Below are positions 30,572 to 40,818 of a stretch of DNA of 64,000 nt, piece by piece. Made by a program: the position numbers and the translations under genes. This DNA is from Alphaproteobacteria bacterium (GTDB lineage Bacteria; Pseudomonadota; Alphaproteobacteria; Bin95), in the NCBI GenBank assembly GCA_964291285.2, contig OZ219786.1, forward strand, positions 192,001 through 256,000. The letters run 5' to 3'. The notes under the pieces are model-generated. The model did no database searches. It saw only the letters and a program-made list of their open reading frames with translations, and was not told the DNA's origin. Numbering within the stretch: the first letter of the stretch is position 1; every line of letters begins with the position of its first letter.

Positions 30572-31806
30572 ACTGATACCAACCGCAAGTCATATAGACC
30601 GATGCATTGGGTCGTGGGGATCGTCACGATGGTGCGACGGCCCAGCTTCGCCGGGTTGTTTTGGTGATGATGTCGGGTTGCTCGATGAGCCATTGCCATG
30701 CCGTCCGGCAGGCTTCTCTCAGGGCGGCGACATCCTTGAACACACGGTTGGCGAAGCGGTTCGATTTCAGGACCAGTATGATCTGCTCCATGGGATTGAG
30801 TTCCGGACTGTATGGCGGCAGATGCAGGAGCGTCAGATTGGGGGGGACGAGAAGGTCGCCCGAGCGATGCCAGCCTGCCCCGTCCAGTATGACCACGCCG
30901 TGCGCACCCGGCGCCACGGCCGCGCCGATCGCCGCCAGATGCTCGTTCATCGCCGCCGTGTTCGCCCTGTCCGCCACATGGGCGATGCCGACGCCGCGCT
31001 GTGCGCAGGTGGCGCCGAACAGATAGACATAGCCATAGCGATGGTCGCGCACGATGCGCGGACGTTGCCTCCCGCGCGCCCAGACGCGCGTCGTCATCCC
31101 TTTCTGGCCGATGCGCGCCTCGTCCTGGAACCAGATTTCGATCGGGCCCGCCAGCGCCTCGGAACTGAGCATCGACGTCACCCTTGCCTCGAAGTCCGCC
31201 ACGAACGCCCCCTGCCGCTCCGCGTCGGCCCTGGGGTGGACCGGCCGTCCCGAGACAAAACGAAACCCGGCCCTTCGGAGCATCATACGGGCGCCGCTCT
31301 CCGTATAAATGACCCCGAAGGCCTCCTCGATTTTCCGTATGATGTCCTGAACCCGCCAGCGCGTGACACCGTCCCGCTCAAGATCGGGACCCGCCTCGAC
31401 CCACAACCCGATCTCGGCAATCCGAGCCTCCGTCAACCGACCATCGCTGCCCCCGCGAGGACGATCCGCAAGCCCCTCGAACCCCTCCGCATTGTAGCGC
31501 AGCACCCAGTCGCGCAGAACTTGAAGCTCCATGCCCTGCGCCCGCGCCGCCTCCGTGCGCGACGCCCCATCCATGATCATCGCGATCGCACGAGCCCGAC
31601 AGGCTTGCTTCGCCTCACCGCAGCGCTTCGCCAGATCATGGAGATCGTCCGATCCATGCTCCGTCCAGGTTATCGGCGTCGCCGCACCCATCATCATCCT
31701 CCAACCCCAAGACTGCCTGACATCACTCTATCAACGTTGTCCGGCACCTCACCTCAACACAACATGTTGGAACAATGAGTCAATTCGAACCGCGCTTGGT
31801 ATCAGT
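30572..31806 (-). mobile_element. IS630-family element, single ORF 30624-31697
   Basis: IRs ACTGATACCAAnCGC at both ends; motifs WFQDEAR, LDGAGWH and YSPELNPME. Confidence 0.88.
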
Positions 31807-31952
31807 CCCGGAACCCGGTCTTCCCGGTCCCCGGAAACGACCGGGTCGAGGAGGAAGCGCGAGACCATCTTTCCCGCCGCCGCAGCCCTCTCGCGGATCG
31901 CCTCGCGCTCCGCCTTGCTGCAATGCAGGTTCCTCGGCTGCTTTCGCCTCAT
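31807..31952 (-). pseudogene. 5' remnant of a MobC/ribbon-helix-helix-like gene
   Basis: MRRKQPRNLHCSKAEREAIRERAAAAGKMVSRFLL resembles the protein at 54961-55407; truncated by the IS630. Confidence 0.5.
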
Positions 31953-32601
31953 TACCGCAAAGCTCCCTCCGATCCGGTATCCCGCCCCGTGCTCTCCGGC
32001 CACCAGGATACCCCGCCAGGTCTTGTGTCACGCATATGCTGCGACCGGGCGTGACACTGAACCTGCTTTACCGGCCGGTGACCGCCGCAGGCATATATTT
32101 GACACAAATCACTCCGCAATGCAGACATCCCCGAAACACAAATTAAACATAAGATATCAAGACGATCTGCGCATCATCAGACATAATTCAGGCGTAATTT
32201 TGCACTAAATATGACATAACCATCGTCGCCGGGTTCCACCGCCCGACCCTGCCATCGCCGGCCGCCCTCACGACCCGCGCAACACAAGGCAACCACATAG
32301 CTTTTGATATGAAACACATGTTCGATACATCAACGCAGCATCGATGCTCATATAGCGCTTTTTGCTCCAGACGCCTCTATATCCCCTGATATATGGCCAA
32401 CATCCTGTATTACAATAAAATCCCCAATTCGTTACTGAAATGCCGCATTCGTCCCAATATCCTACAAGCAGGATCATGACACAAGGTGCTTGCATTTACC
32501 TTCATGATCCCCTATCATGAGCCACTTTTCGAGGAAAGCAGCGCTTCGTTCAACAGGGTGTTCCTATAGCCAGGAATTCGGCTGTCCTTGGCACACCATC
32601 G

Positions 32602-32777
32602 GCAGGCCGCGCCGGGACGAGACGCGCACCCTCTCGCTCTCCGTGCACAACCGCGCCGTCACCGTGCTCGGCTTCAGCCCCCGCCTCTCGCTCATCCGCG
32701 AGGAGCGCGATACCAACGCCCAGGCCCTCGACTACAAACGAAACCGCGCCGAACTCTCCTTCGTGCGACAGTTCTGA
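32602..32777 (+). pseudogene. Second copy of the 3' end of the Slam gene
   Basis: Identical C-terminal peptide RPRRDETRTLSL...ELSFVRQF. Confidence 0.85.
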
Positions 32778-32882
32778 CCGGACACGCCGATAGCAGGGAA
32801 CCTCACCGTCACCGGGTGCGGCGCAGGAAGAAGACCGGCGCCATTCGCTCATGAAGAAGCGGGCCGGTCGCGGCCGCCCCGG

Positions 32883-34028
32883 TCATGTCTCCATGATGGC
32901 GCTCATGGCCTGCCCGACGCGTTCCGCGGCGGCCTCGATGTCGCGGTCGGCAAGATGGGCGTAGCGCAGCGTCATGCGCACACTGGAATGGCCGAGCAGG
33001 CGGGAGACCACCGGGACGGGCACGCCGTTCATCACCGCATGGCTGGCCATGGTATGGCGCAGGTCATGAAGGCGGACATCCCCGATGCCGGCTTCGCGTC
33101 TGACGCGGTACCAGAGCGGCAGGTCCGGGCTGCGCGGGCGGGCGGGGTCGCACGGCGAGGGAAACACGAACGCGCTGCCCGCGCGCGTCTGCCGGTCGAG
33201 AATGGCGCGGGCCTGTCTGTTGAGTGGAACCGTCCTCGGTCCGGTCTTGGCATCGGTGAGCGCCAGCCCGTCCTCGCGGACTTCCGACCAGCCGAGGCCC
33301 GTGATCTCGCTTCTGCGGCAGCCGGTCAGCAGCAGGAGGCGGACGATGTCGGCCTGTTGCCGCGCGCTCTTCCGGGTCTGCGCGTCCAGGGCGGCATGGA
33401 GGCGTGCGAGTTCCTCCCGGGACAGGAACCGCGTGAGCGCCGTGCGGCGGTTCGGGGCGATGCGCCCGACGGGATTGACCTCGATGTGGCCGCAGGCGAG
33501 GGCGAAGTTGAGTATCTGCCGCAGACGGGCAAGGCAGTGATTGGCGTTGCCCGGCGCGGTGCGGCTGTATCGCTCGAACCAGCGCCGGATGGCGGCCTCG
33601 CCGATGCGGTCCAGCGGCTTCGATCCGAATGCCGGCAGGAGCTGGCCCGCAAGCTGATAGCGGGCGGTCCTCTGCGTCGAGGGCTTGTAGCCGTCGAAAT
33701 GCGCCTCCTTCCACGGGCCCGCGACGAAATCCCGGAACAGCGGGACCGGCCCCGCGCGCACGGCCCTTGCGCCGGGCTCGGGGTTCGCCTTGCGGGCATG
33801 GCATTCCCTGCGCACCTCCTCCAGGCTCTTCACGCCGACCGGGCCGAGCGAGACGCGCTTCGTGCGCCCGCCGCTGTCGAGCAGCAGCACCCAGCTGCGC
33901 CCGCCGGTGGGCCGCACCCGGACGCCGAGACCGGCGATGCGCGTGTCCCGGACCGTATATTCCCGCTCGCGGGGGCGGAGACGGGCGACGGCGGCGTCGG
34001 TGAGTTTCATCCGTTCCCTGCCCGCCAT
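32883..34028 (-). CDS. Tyrosine recombinase/integrase (pair 3, gene B; near-identical to 27740-28885)
   Basis: Same protein except for a few residues in the first ~105 aa. Confidence 0.92.
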   Translation of the reverse strand: MAGRERMKLTDAAVARLRPREREYTVRDTRIAGLGVRVRPTGGRSWVLLLDSGGRTKRVSLGPVGVKSLEEVRRECHARKANPEPGARAVRAGPVPLFRDFVAGPWKEAHFDGYKPSTQRTARYQLAGQLLPAFGSKPLDRIGEAAIRRWFERYSRTAPGNANHCLARLRQILNFALACGHIEVNPVGRIAPNRRTALTRFLSREELARLHAALDAQTRKSARQQADIVRLLLLTGCRRSEITGLGWSEVREDGLALTDAKTGPRTVPLNRQARAILDRQTRAGSAFVFPSPCDPARPRSPDLPLWYRVRREAGIGDVRLHDLRHTMASHAVMNGVPVPVVSRLLGHSSVRMTLRYAHLADRDIEAAAERVGQAMSAIMET

Positions 34029-35032
34029 CAGCCTGCCTCCAGCACGGCGCCGACCGTCTCGGCGGCGTCCTGCATCATGGCGTCGGCGACATGGGTGTAT
34101 TTCAGCGTGGTCTCCGGCCTGCGGTGGCCCAGCAACCGGCCGATGGCGAGCACCGTCTCGCCCTGCCTGAGGGCAAGGCTCGCATGCGTATGGCGCAAGT
34201 CGTGAAGGCGGGCGTCTTCGAGTTCCGCCCCGGCGCGGACCCTGTGCCAGAAGTGGTCCAGCCAGCTTCCGCCCCGGGGTCGCCCGCTATCCGGGGCCGG
34301 GAACACATGGCGGCCTTTCCGCTCAAGGCCGTCGAGAACCGTCCGGGCCGGTTCGGAGAGCCAGACCGTCCGGGGGCCCGTTTTGGAGTCGCGGAGAAAC
34401 AGGCGGCCTTCGCGGTAGTCGGACCATTGCAGGGTGAGGATCTCGCCCTTGCGGCAGCCGGTCAGCAGCAGCAGGCGGATGATGGCGACCTGCTGCGGCC
34501 AGCAATTCTCATGCGCCCTGAGCCTCGCGGACAGGCGGCGGATTTCCTCGTCCGGGAGGAACCGCTCGCGGCCCTTGCGGCGGTAGCGCCTGATCCCCCG
34601 GCAGGGGTTGGACCCTTCCGGGCGCAGGCCCATGGCCTCCGCCTCCCTCATGATGACGGACAGCACCGGCATGGAGCGGTCCGCTGCCACCGGCACCGCG
34701 CGCAGGCGGGCGAACCAGTTCCTTACCTCCCACGCGATCGCCGCCGGCCTGAGGCCGGCCTCGAAGGCGGCAAGGATCGGCTTTTCCTGCCCCTGCGTCA
34801 CCGGCGCGGGCCTGGCGTGCACCCTTCCTCCGGATGTCTTGCCGGCCTGCCGCCCGCGCCTGCGGGCTTCGGCTGTTGCCGTTTCGCCCTGCCGGTCGAG
34901 GTCCGCGTCGTCGAGATGGCGGAGCAAACGGTCGAGGCTCCCGCCGCGCTTTCCCGTTCCGCCGCCCGGGCGCGCCGTCCTTCCTGCGCGTTGCCCCACC
35001 TTCGCGGCCCTTCCTGTCACCGGTGAGCGCAT
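34028..35032 (-). pseudogene. Integrase (pair 3, gene A) lacking its N-terminal arm domain, fused in frame to a small HTH-like ORF
   Basis: Similarity to 26616-27740 starts at EVRNWF (about 34730). The upstream segment ILAAFEAGLRPAAIA looks like an HTH. Confidence 0.7.
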
Positions 35033-35264
35033 CGCGTGTGCGCTGGTCGATTGCAGCCCGAACGTGCCGGTGTGGCCATGGCCGGGGTGCTCTCCAGCTA
35101 CCGGTCACCCGTGCCGCCGGCCCGCCGCCCGCCGTCGGGAACACCGCCTCCCCCGCTCCGCGCCGGCAGGAGGGAAGGTCTGGCCGTGAGCGGGGCGGCG
35201 GTCGGCGCACCGGAGGGCGGGGCGCTGCCGCCGGGTTCCACCACGACACGATGGAGACGGCAGC

Positions 35265-35597
35265 ATGACGACAGCAAGGATGGCGATGCCCGGCAATACG
35301 GCGAGCACGTTCCTGGTCCACTATTTCGGCGGCGGCCTCGACGGCGACGACCGCTTCGTGGTCGAGCGGTTCCGCGCCCTGGCCTGCGGCGACATTCGTC
35401 CGGTCCGGGACGGCGAGGAGAACGCGAAGGGGCGGCGCAAGGTCAGGCGCACCGTGGTCTCGCGCAAGGAGGCCGAGGCGATGCGCCCGGAGCGCACCGA
35501 GATCATCATCTGCACCGGCCTTCGCACCCGCGGGGGGAAACAGGCCTGGGGTTCGGTTGCGGCGGGCCTCCTGTGCGACCGCAAGCAGCGCGGCTGA
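35265..35597 (+). CDS. Conserved small hypothetical protein (zinc-finger module partner, copy 1)
   Basis: Homologous to 56251-56565 (FLVH.FG.GL..D...VVER.R...GDIR...RP.R.EI.IC.G...Q.WGS); GGAG RBS. Confidence 0.75.
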   Translation: MTTARMAMPGNTASTFLVHYFGGGLDGDDRFVVERFRALACGDIRPVRDGEENAKGRRKVRRTVVSRKEAEAMRPERTEIIICTGLRTRGGKQAWGSVAAGLLCDRKQRG

Positions 35598-35684
35598 GCG
35601 CTTTCCCGAGGGACGTCCCGCCGGCCCGGCCGGGTCGGCGGGACGATCCTCTTCCGTTTTCCCCACGGCAAGGAGAACGCTCCC

Positions 35685-36743
35685 ATGTGCGAGCAGCAGG
35701 ACATCGGGGCCCGGCGCGCGCGGAACCTGGAGCGCTGGCATCGTCGGGTTGCCGACCGGCGTGCGCGCGGCAAGTGCATCGGGTGCGGCAAGCGCGAACC
35801 CGAGCCCGCGCGGACCCTGTGCGGCAAGCGCGAACCCGAGCCCGCGCGGACCCTGTGCGCGCCCTGCGGCGAGAAGCGGAACCGGGCGAGCCGGGCCAGG
35901 GACGCAAGGCTGCGCACCGCCGGCCTCCCCCGGAGAGACCCCGACAAGGCCCGCGCCCAGGAGCGCGACCGGTCCCGCCGCGAGGCTGAAATGCGCCGCA
36001 ACGCCGGGCTCTGCATCCGGTGCGGCAAGCAGCCGGCCGCCGATGGCCGCGCGTCCTGCGAGCCGTGCCTGGAGAAGCGCCGGGCAGCCGACCGCGCGAA
36101 ATACGCCGCCGGGAAAGCCGCCGGCCTCAAGTATGGCGGGGCCGATGCCGAAGCCAAAAGGCGCGCCGCCCGGGCGAAGAGCAAGCGCCGCCAGAAAGCC
36201 CGGATCGAGACGGGACTCTGTATCCGCTGCGGCAGGCAGCCCCCTGCCGGGGGCGGAACCACCTGCCAGCCCTGCCGCGACAGGAGGCAGGCGGCGGAAC
36301 GGCGGCAATACCGGGACCGGCGCCGGGCCGGGCTCTGCACCCGGTGCGGCGCCGCCGTCCATGACGGTCTGTCGCGCTGCGCTGCGTGTGCCGCCATCGA
36401 GGAGGCCAGCCACGACCCGGAGCGCAAGAACGCGCGCTCGCGGCAGTTGTACGCCCGGCGCCGGGCCGCCGGCCTGTGCACGGCCTGCGGGGCGCCGTCA
36501 CAGGGGGCGGCGCGCTGTGCGCCCTGTGCCGGGAGGTCGTATCACGGCTCGGCGCATTTCAGGGGCATCCCGGTCCACGATCCGGTCTGGACCGTGATCG
36601 AACTGGAGACCGGCCGCGAGCACGGTCCGTTCGACGATCCGGCCGATGTCGCCCTCTGCCTCGCCTTCGGGAAGCTCGACCGCAACCGCGTCGAGATCGT
36701 CGCCGACGCCCCCGTCACCGCCTCCTTCACCGCCTGGACCTGA
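35685..36743 (+). CDS. Tandem C4 zinc-finger-array protein (5 fingers) with a conserved C-terminal domain
   Basis: Repeats of RR..GLCxxCG-x8-10-CxxC with Arg-rich linkers; AAGGAG RBS; paralogue at 56701-57996. Confidence 0.8.
   Translation: MCEQQDIGARRARNLERWHRRVADRRARGKCIGCGKREPEPARTLCGKREPEPARTLCAPCGEKRNRASRARDARLRTAGLPRRDPDKARAQERDRSRREAEMRRNAGLCIRCGKQPAADGRASCEPCLEKRRAADRAKYAAGKAAGLKYGGADAEAKRRAARAKSKRRQKARIETGLCIRCGRQPPAGGGTTCQPCRDRRQAAERRQYRDRRRAGLCTRCGAAVHDGLSRCAACAAIEEASHDPERKNARSRQLYARRRAAGLCTACGAPSQGAARCAPCAGRSYHGSAHFRGIPVHDPVWTVIELETGREHGPFDDPADVALCLAFGKLDRNRVEIVADAPVTASFTAWT
35784..35859 (+). repeat. Exact 36-bp in-frame tandem duplication within finger 1
   Basis: TGCGGCAAGCGCGAACCCGAGCCCGCGCGGACCCTG occurs twice in tandem. 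Confidence 0.9.
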
Positions 36744-36937
36744 CATGCTGTCCCGGGCGGCGATGGCGGCGCTCGCCTGGCCGCGATCCGCCGCACCGTC
36801 CCTGTGTCGTGGAGAGGAGTGAAGCACCTGCCGGGCGAGTGTCCGGCAGGGCGGAGGAGAGGAACTCCCCGCGCCGATGCCGGACCGGTGTCCGGCACAG
36901 GTCGCCGGGCAGGGCAACGGCAAAGGAGACCCCGCCC

Positions 36938-37183
36938 ATGTTCCATCCCGATACATCCCTCGACCTCCCGCTCGGCTGCGACCTGCTCGCCGAACTCGGC
37001 GTCGACCGCCGCACCGTCCGCGAGATCGCCGGGGACGAGCGCGCCATCCGCTGCCCCGACAGGGGCGCGGCCTGTCCGGTGCACGGCTTCGCGAGCCTCT
37101 TCCCGGAACCGGCGTTCGGGATGTCCCTCCAGGACCCGGCGGCGTCGCTCCCTCCGGCGAACCGGAGGTGGAGGAGGGCCTGA
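36938..37183 (+). CDS. Small hypothetical protein
   Basis: AAAGGAG RBS and ATG, co-oriented within the module. Confidence 0.5.
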   Translation: MFHPDTSLDLPLGCDLLAELGVDRRTVREIAGDERAIRCPDRGAACPVHGFASLFPEPAFGMSLQDPAASLPPANRRWRRA

Positions 37184-37275
37184 AGAGATTGAACGGGCGG
37201 GGGTTCGGGGGAGTGACCCCGGCCCCGTCCGTTCGCAACCCATCGTCATCAACACGAACCTGAAGGAGTATCGCA

Positions 37276-37725
37276 ATGAGCTTCGGATTGAACAAGGTGC
37301 AGATCATCGGCCGCCTCGGCGCGGACGTCACCGTCAACCACCTCACCTCGGGCGGGCGCGTCGCCAACCTGAGCATCGCGACCGACGAGTCGTTCATCAA
37401 CAAGCAGACCGGCGAGAAGGTCGACAGGACCGAGTGGCACCGGGTCGTGACCTTCCAGGACGGGCTGATCGACATGCTCGCCAGGCACGCCATGAAGGGC
37501 CGGCTGGTCTACATCGACGGCAAGCTCCAGACCCGGCGCTGGTCCAGGCCGGGCGAGGACGGCGACCGTTTCTCCACCGAGATCCTGCTGGTCCCGGGTG
37601 GGCGCGTGCAGTTCCTCGACAAGGCGAACGGCAACGCCGCGCAGCCCGGCCCGGACGCGACGAGCGACGCCGGCCCCGTGCCGGCCGGCGGCGACCCGAT
37701 GGACGGGGACCATATCCCGTTCCAG
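37276..37725 (+). CDS. ssb: Single-stranded DNA-binding protein; the expected stop codon reads CAG, so the ORF runs on to 38352
   Basis: Motifs NKVQIIGRLGAD, TEWHRVV and GKLQTRRW, with tail DGDHIPF followed by CAG. Confidence 0.88.
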
Positions 37726-37749
37726 AGCTTCCCGTTCTTCCTTCCCCAC

Positions 37750-37782
37750 AGGGCCGGCGCCTCGCGCGTCGGCCCTTTCTTC
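37750..37782 (+). terminator. Rho-independent terminator-like hairpin after ssb
   Basis: AGGGCCGGCGC-CTCGC-GCGTCGGCCCT followed by TTCTT. Confidence 0.55.
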
Positions 37783-37906
37783 ATGCAGGCAGGTTCGAGT
37801 CTCGCCGCGGCGCATACGGAGTGGGAGCGAGGCTGGAAAGCGGGTGAACCGCGCGAGGAGGAGAGGGAGCCCGCTCGCGCACCCGTCACGCGACCCGGAG
37901 AACCCG

Positions 37907-38134
37907 ATGAGCACCATCTCCTTCCGCCGCATCGCCCCCGACGAATCCCGCATCTACCGGGACGGCGACCATGTCGGCGACATCCACGCCTTCGACGACA
38001 GCATCCGGCCGGGGCGCAGGGTGTTCGCCATACATCTCGACGAGGACCCGCGCGGCCCCGTCTATCTCCACGACCGCACCCGCATCCGCGAGACCGCCCG
38101 GCAGCGGGTCGACTCCCATCCCCTGTGGGGTTGA
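37907..38134 (+). CDS. Small hypothetical protein
   Basis: GGAG RBS, good codon usage, MSTISFRRIAPDESRIY... Confidence 0.6.
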   Translation: MSTISFRRIAPDESRIYRDGDHVGDIHAFDDSIRPGRRVFAIHLDEDPRGPVYLHDRTRIRETARQRVDSHPLWG

Positions 38135-38548
38135 CGCAAGGGCGGGCAACGGCGCCTCCCGCTCCGGCGCCGTGCCGGCCGAACCGACGATGGGGTCCGT
38201 GCAGGGCCAGAGAAATACGCCACCCCGCTGTACTGTCCCATTGTGCCACACGTGCTCTCTCCAGCAACCCCTTCGGGGTCCTCCGGTCGCTGCGCTCCCT
38301 GCGGCCCGGGCAAGAAGCTCCAGGGGCGGACCGTGAAAGCCGGCGACCGTGAAGATCGCGTGTCAGAGGCCGAGCACGCCTGGCATCGGCGGTGCGAACG
38401 CGATCTTCCGCACCACTCGCCGACTTTCCGCACCACTCCGCCCCAAGAGCTTCCAGGCCCGGGTGCTTCCGTTGCGCGCGCGTGACCCAACAGGACATCA
38501 CGTCGGGGATCGGCCCCGAACCTGCAACCCGATCGCAAGGAGATCGTC

Positions 38549-39475
38549 ATGACCTTCCATACCGACACCGTCGAGACCGCCGGACAGTCCGCAACCGCGA
38601 CCGTCTGCGAACACGCCGCCCTCTACGGCGCCACCCCCGAGCGCGACGAGCTCGACCCCCGCGAGGTCTGGGACGAGGACGATGCGCTGACCGCAATCGG
38701 CGAGGCCTTCCGCATCCTCGCCGAAGGCGCCTGCCCCGACGGCACCCAGCTCGCCGACGAACGCGAGAGCCTGCTGTGGGGCTTCGTCAACATGCTCCAC
38801 GCCCAGAGCCGCCGCCTCGACCGCAGCGTCGACCGGCTCAGCCCGGACCTGCGCGACCTCCAGCGCGAGCAGGACGGCTCCGAGATCAAGTCCCGCGACC
38901 TGGAGCTCGTCACCGACCGCGCGCAGAACCTCGGAGACCGGCGCGACGCCTTCGAGAAGATGCGCAACACCGCCGCGCACGCCTACCGCGAAGAGACCGG
39001 CGACATGTGGCGGCCCCGGCACGGCAGCCACGCCAGCCAGACCGGACATCTGACCTCCGCCGCCATCGACGCCCGCGACTTCGTCCGCGCCCGAAAGGAC
39101 CGCAAGACACAGGCTCATCTGCCCCAGGGAACCCTCGTCGCCATCGCCGGCGGCAAGGACATCGCAAACCCGGCGGCCGTCATCGAGCGCCTCGACAAGG
39201 TCCGCGCCAGGTATGCCGACCTCGTCCTCGTCCACGGCGGCGGCCCCGGCGTCGAGAAGATCGCCGCAAGCTGGGCAGAGCGCAACGGCGTCCACCAGGT
39301 CGTCTGCAAACCGGACTGGGACAGGCACGGACGCGCCGCTCCGTTCCGCCGCAACGACGAACTGCTCAACCTCCTGCCCAAGGGCGTCATCGCCTTCCCC
39401 GGCTCCGGCATCACCGACAACCTCGTGGACAAGGCCCGCAGCCTCGGCATCCCGGTCATGCGCTGCCCCGCCTGA
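38549..39475 (+). CDS. DUF2493 / YspA-like SLOG-family protein typical of alphaproteobacterial mobile elements
   Basis: Motifs LVHGGGPG.EKIA..WA, PDW.RHGRAAPFRRND and AFPGSGIT.NL. Confidence 0.8.
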   Translation: MTFHTDTVETAGQSATATVCEHAALYGATPERDELDPREVWDEDDALTAIGEAFRILAEGACPDGTQLADERESLLWGFVNMLHAQSRRLDRSVDRLSPDLRDLQREQDGSEIKSRDLELVTDRAQNLGDRRDAFEKMRNTAAHAYREETGDMWRPRHGSHASQTGHLTSAAIDARDFVRARKDRKTQAHLPQGTLVAIAGGKDIANPAAVIERLDKVRARYADLVLVHGGGPGVEKIAASWAERNGVHQVVCKPDWDRHGRAAPFRRNDELLNLLPKGVIAFPGSGITDNLVDKARSLGIPVMRCPA

Positions 39476-40818
39476 CACGCAGCACCCACGGGCCGCGTCG
39501 TCTCCGCTCCGGCGGCGGCGCGGTCCGTTTCCGTATGCGCACACCCGTCGCGCGACAGCTACGCCTCGCGCGCGCTTCGCGCCGCGCCCGTGCGGCGCCT
39601 GCCCCGGACTGCGGTCCGGGGCTGCCGCATCACGCGCCGCTGCACCATGCTTCGCATGGGTGCATCGCGGGCTGCGCCGAGCCCGGCGCAGGGCCGCCGG
39701 CACTGCTGACCCGCCCACTGCCGGCGCTGCTGCCGGACCGGCACGACACCGTGCTTCGCACCGCTGCCCGCAGTCCTGCAGGCGCCGCCGTCGGCGCCTC
39801 CGATCGCAACGGCTATCGCAACCGTCACCGCACCCGCGCGGCTGACGCCGCGGTAACGGGTGCGCCATCCCCGTCTGCGTCTGCGGCAATGTGTGAGCAG
39901 CACGCGATCACCCTGAACAGCCCCGCTTTCGTCCAGCACGCCTGTATCGCGGTAACATGTGCGCGGCGCCCTTCGGCTCCGCGGAACATGTGCGGCGGCG
40001 CCCGTGTCGCCGAGGTAACGCCGCCGGCTCCGGTGCGCCATGTGTGAAGACTGCCCTCCGCCGTTTGCACGCCGCGCCGCGTTCTGTTACCTCTGCGACC
40101 GGACGACAACGCGGAACGCGCCCGAAGATCGTGGACCGGTCGTCTCGCTCAATCGCCGCGACGGCTCCTGTCCCTTGTGACGCCGGCGTTTCAGGCGATG
40201 GTGGTGTGCAGGGCAACCTCGCCCGATCTCGACTCCGTTCGGAGTTTTACCGTCACACCCGACGCATCCTTGATGCAGGCGTTGCCATGGCTGCCCGTGT
40301 CCGCTGCTGGCCGCCCATGCCGCGGGCGAGCGCAGGTCTGTCCGCTCCTGTCACGCCGGGAAAGGTCGCACCGGATTGGTAGCTCCCGTGTTTGCCGCAA
40401 ACACATGCGCGATATCAGGAGGTTGGGCGCCGCCTCGCCGGACTCCACCGGACATGGCGGCCCCTTCCGCCCCCGCTGGATATGGACTTGCTCCTGCGAA
40501 ACTACCAGTCTGGTATCGCCCTCGCATACGCTGCACCATGACAGCTACCGGTCCGGCAGCTGTCCGGAGGCCGCGTTCGTCCGCGAGTTCGGCCCGCCAC
40601 GCCAAACGACCGGGGGCGGCGCGGCCCCGGGGATCTGAAAGAACCGGAACTCTCCCGAATCGTAAGCGTTCGGTCACGAGGTGATTGGGGCGATGACAGC
40701 ACTGAGCGAATGCAGACGAGCCCCGGGGCAATGCGTCGTTGCCACTGTCACCCTCATCATCGTCACCCTTTGACCGAACGCTTACTCCGAATCCATACGC
40801 AAGAACGGGCAAAATCGC

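Larger units (their letters stand above)
27040..34730. repeat. Inverted duplication with arms at about 27040-29166 and 32602-34730
   Basis: Integrase B, the intergenic spacer and the 3' end of the Slam gene recur in reverse orientation. The inner ~1.1 kb appears identical by eye and the outer part is diverged. Confidence 0.9.

Noticed and set aside
35685-36743. Multiheme cytochrome or Fe-S interpretation of the Cys-rich repeats
   Set aside because: The motifs are CxxCG/CxxC without the CxxCH histidine or ferredoxin spacing, there is no signal peptide, and the protein is very basic.
37726-38352. SSB with a genuine 210-aa C-terminal domain
   Set aside because: The extension is low-complexity, crosses a terminator and overlaps a better ORF, so stop-codon loss explains it better.
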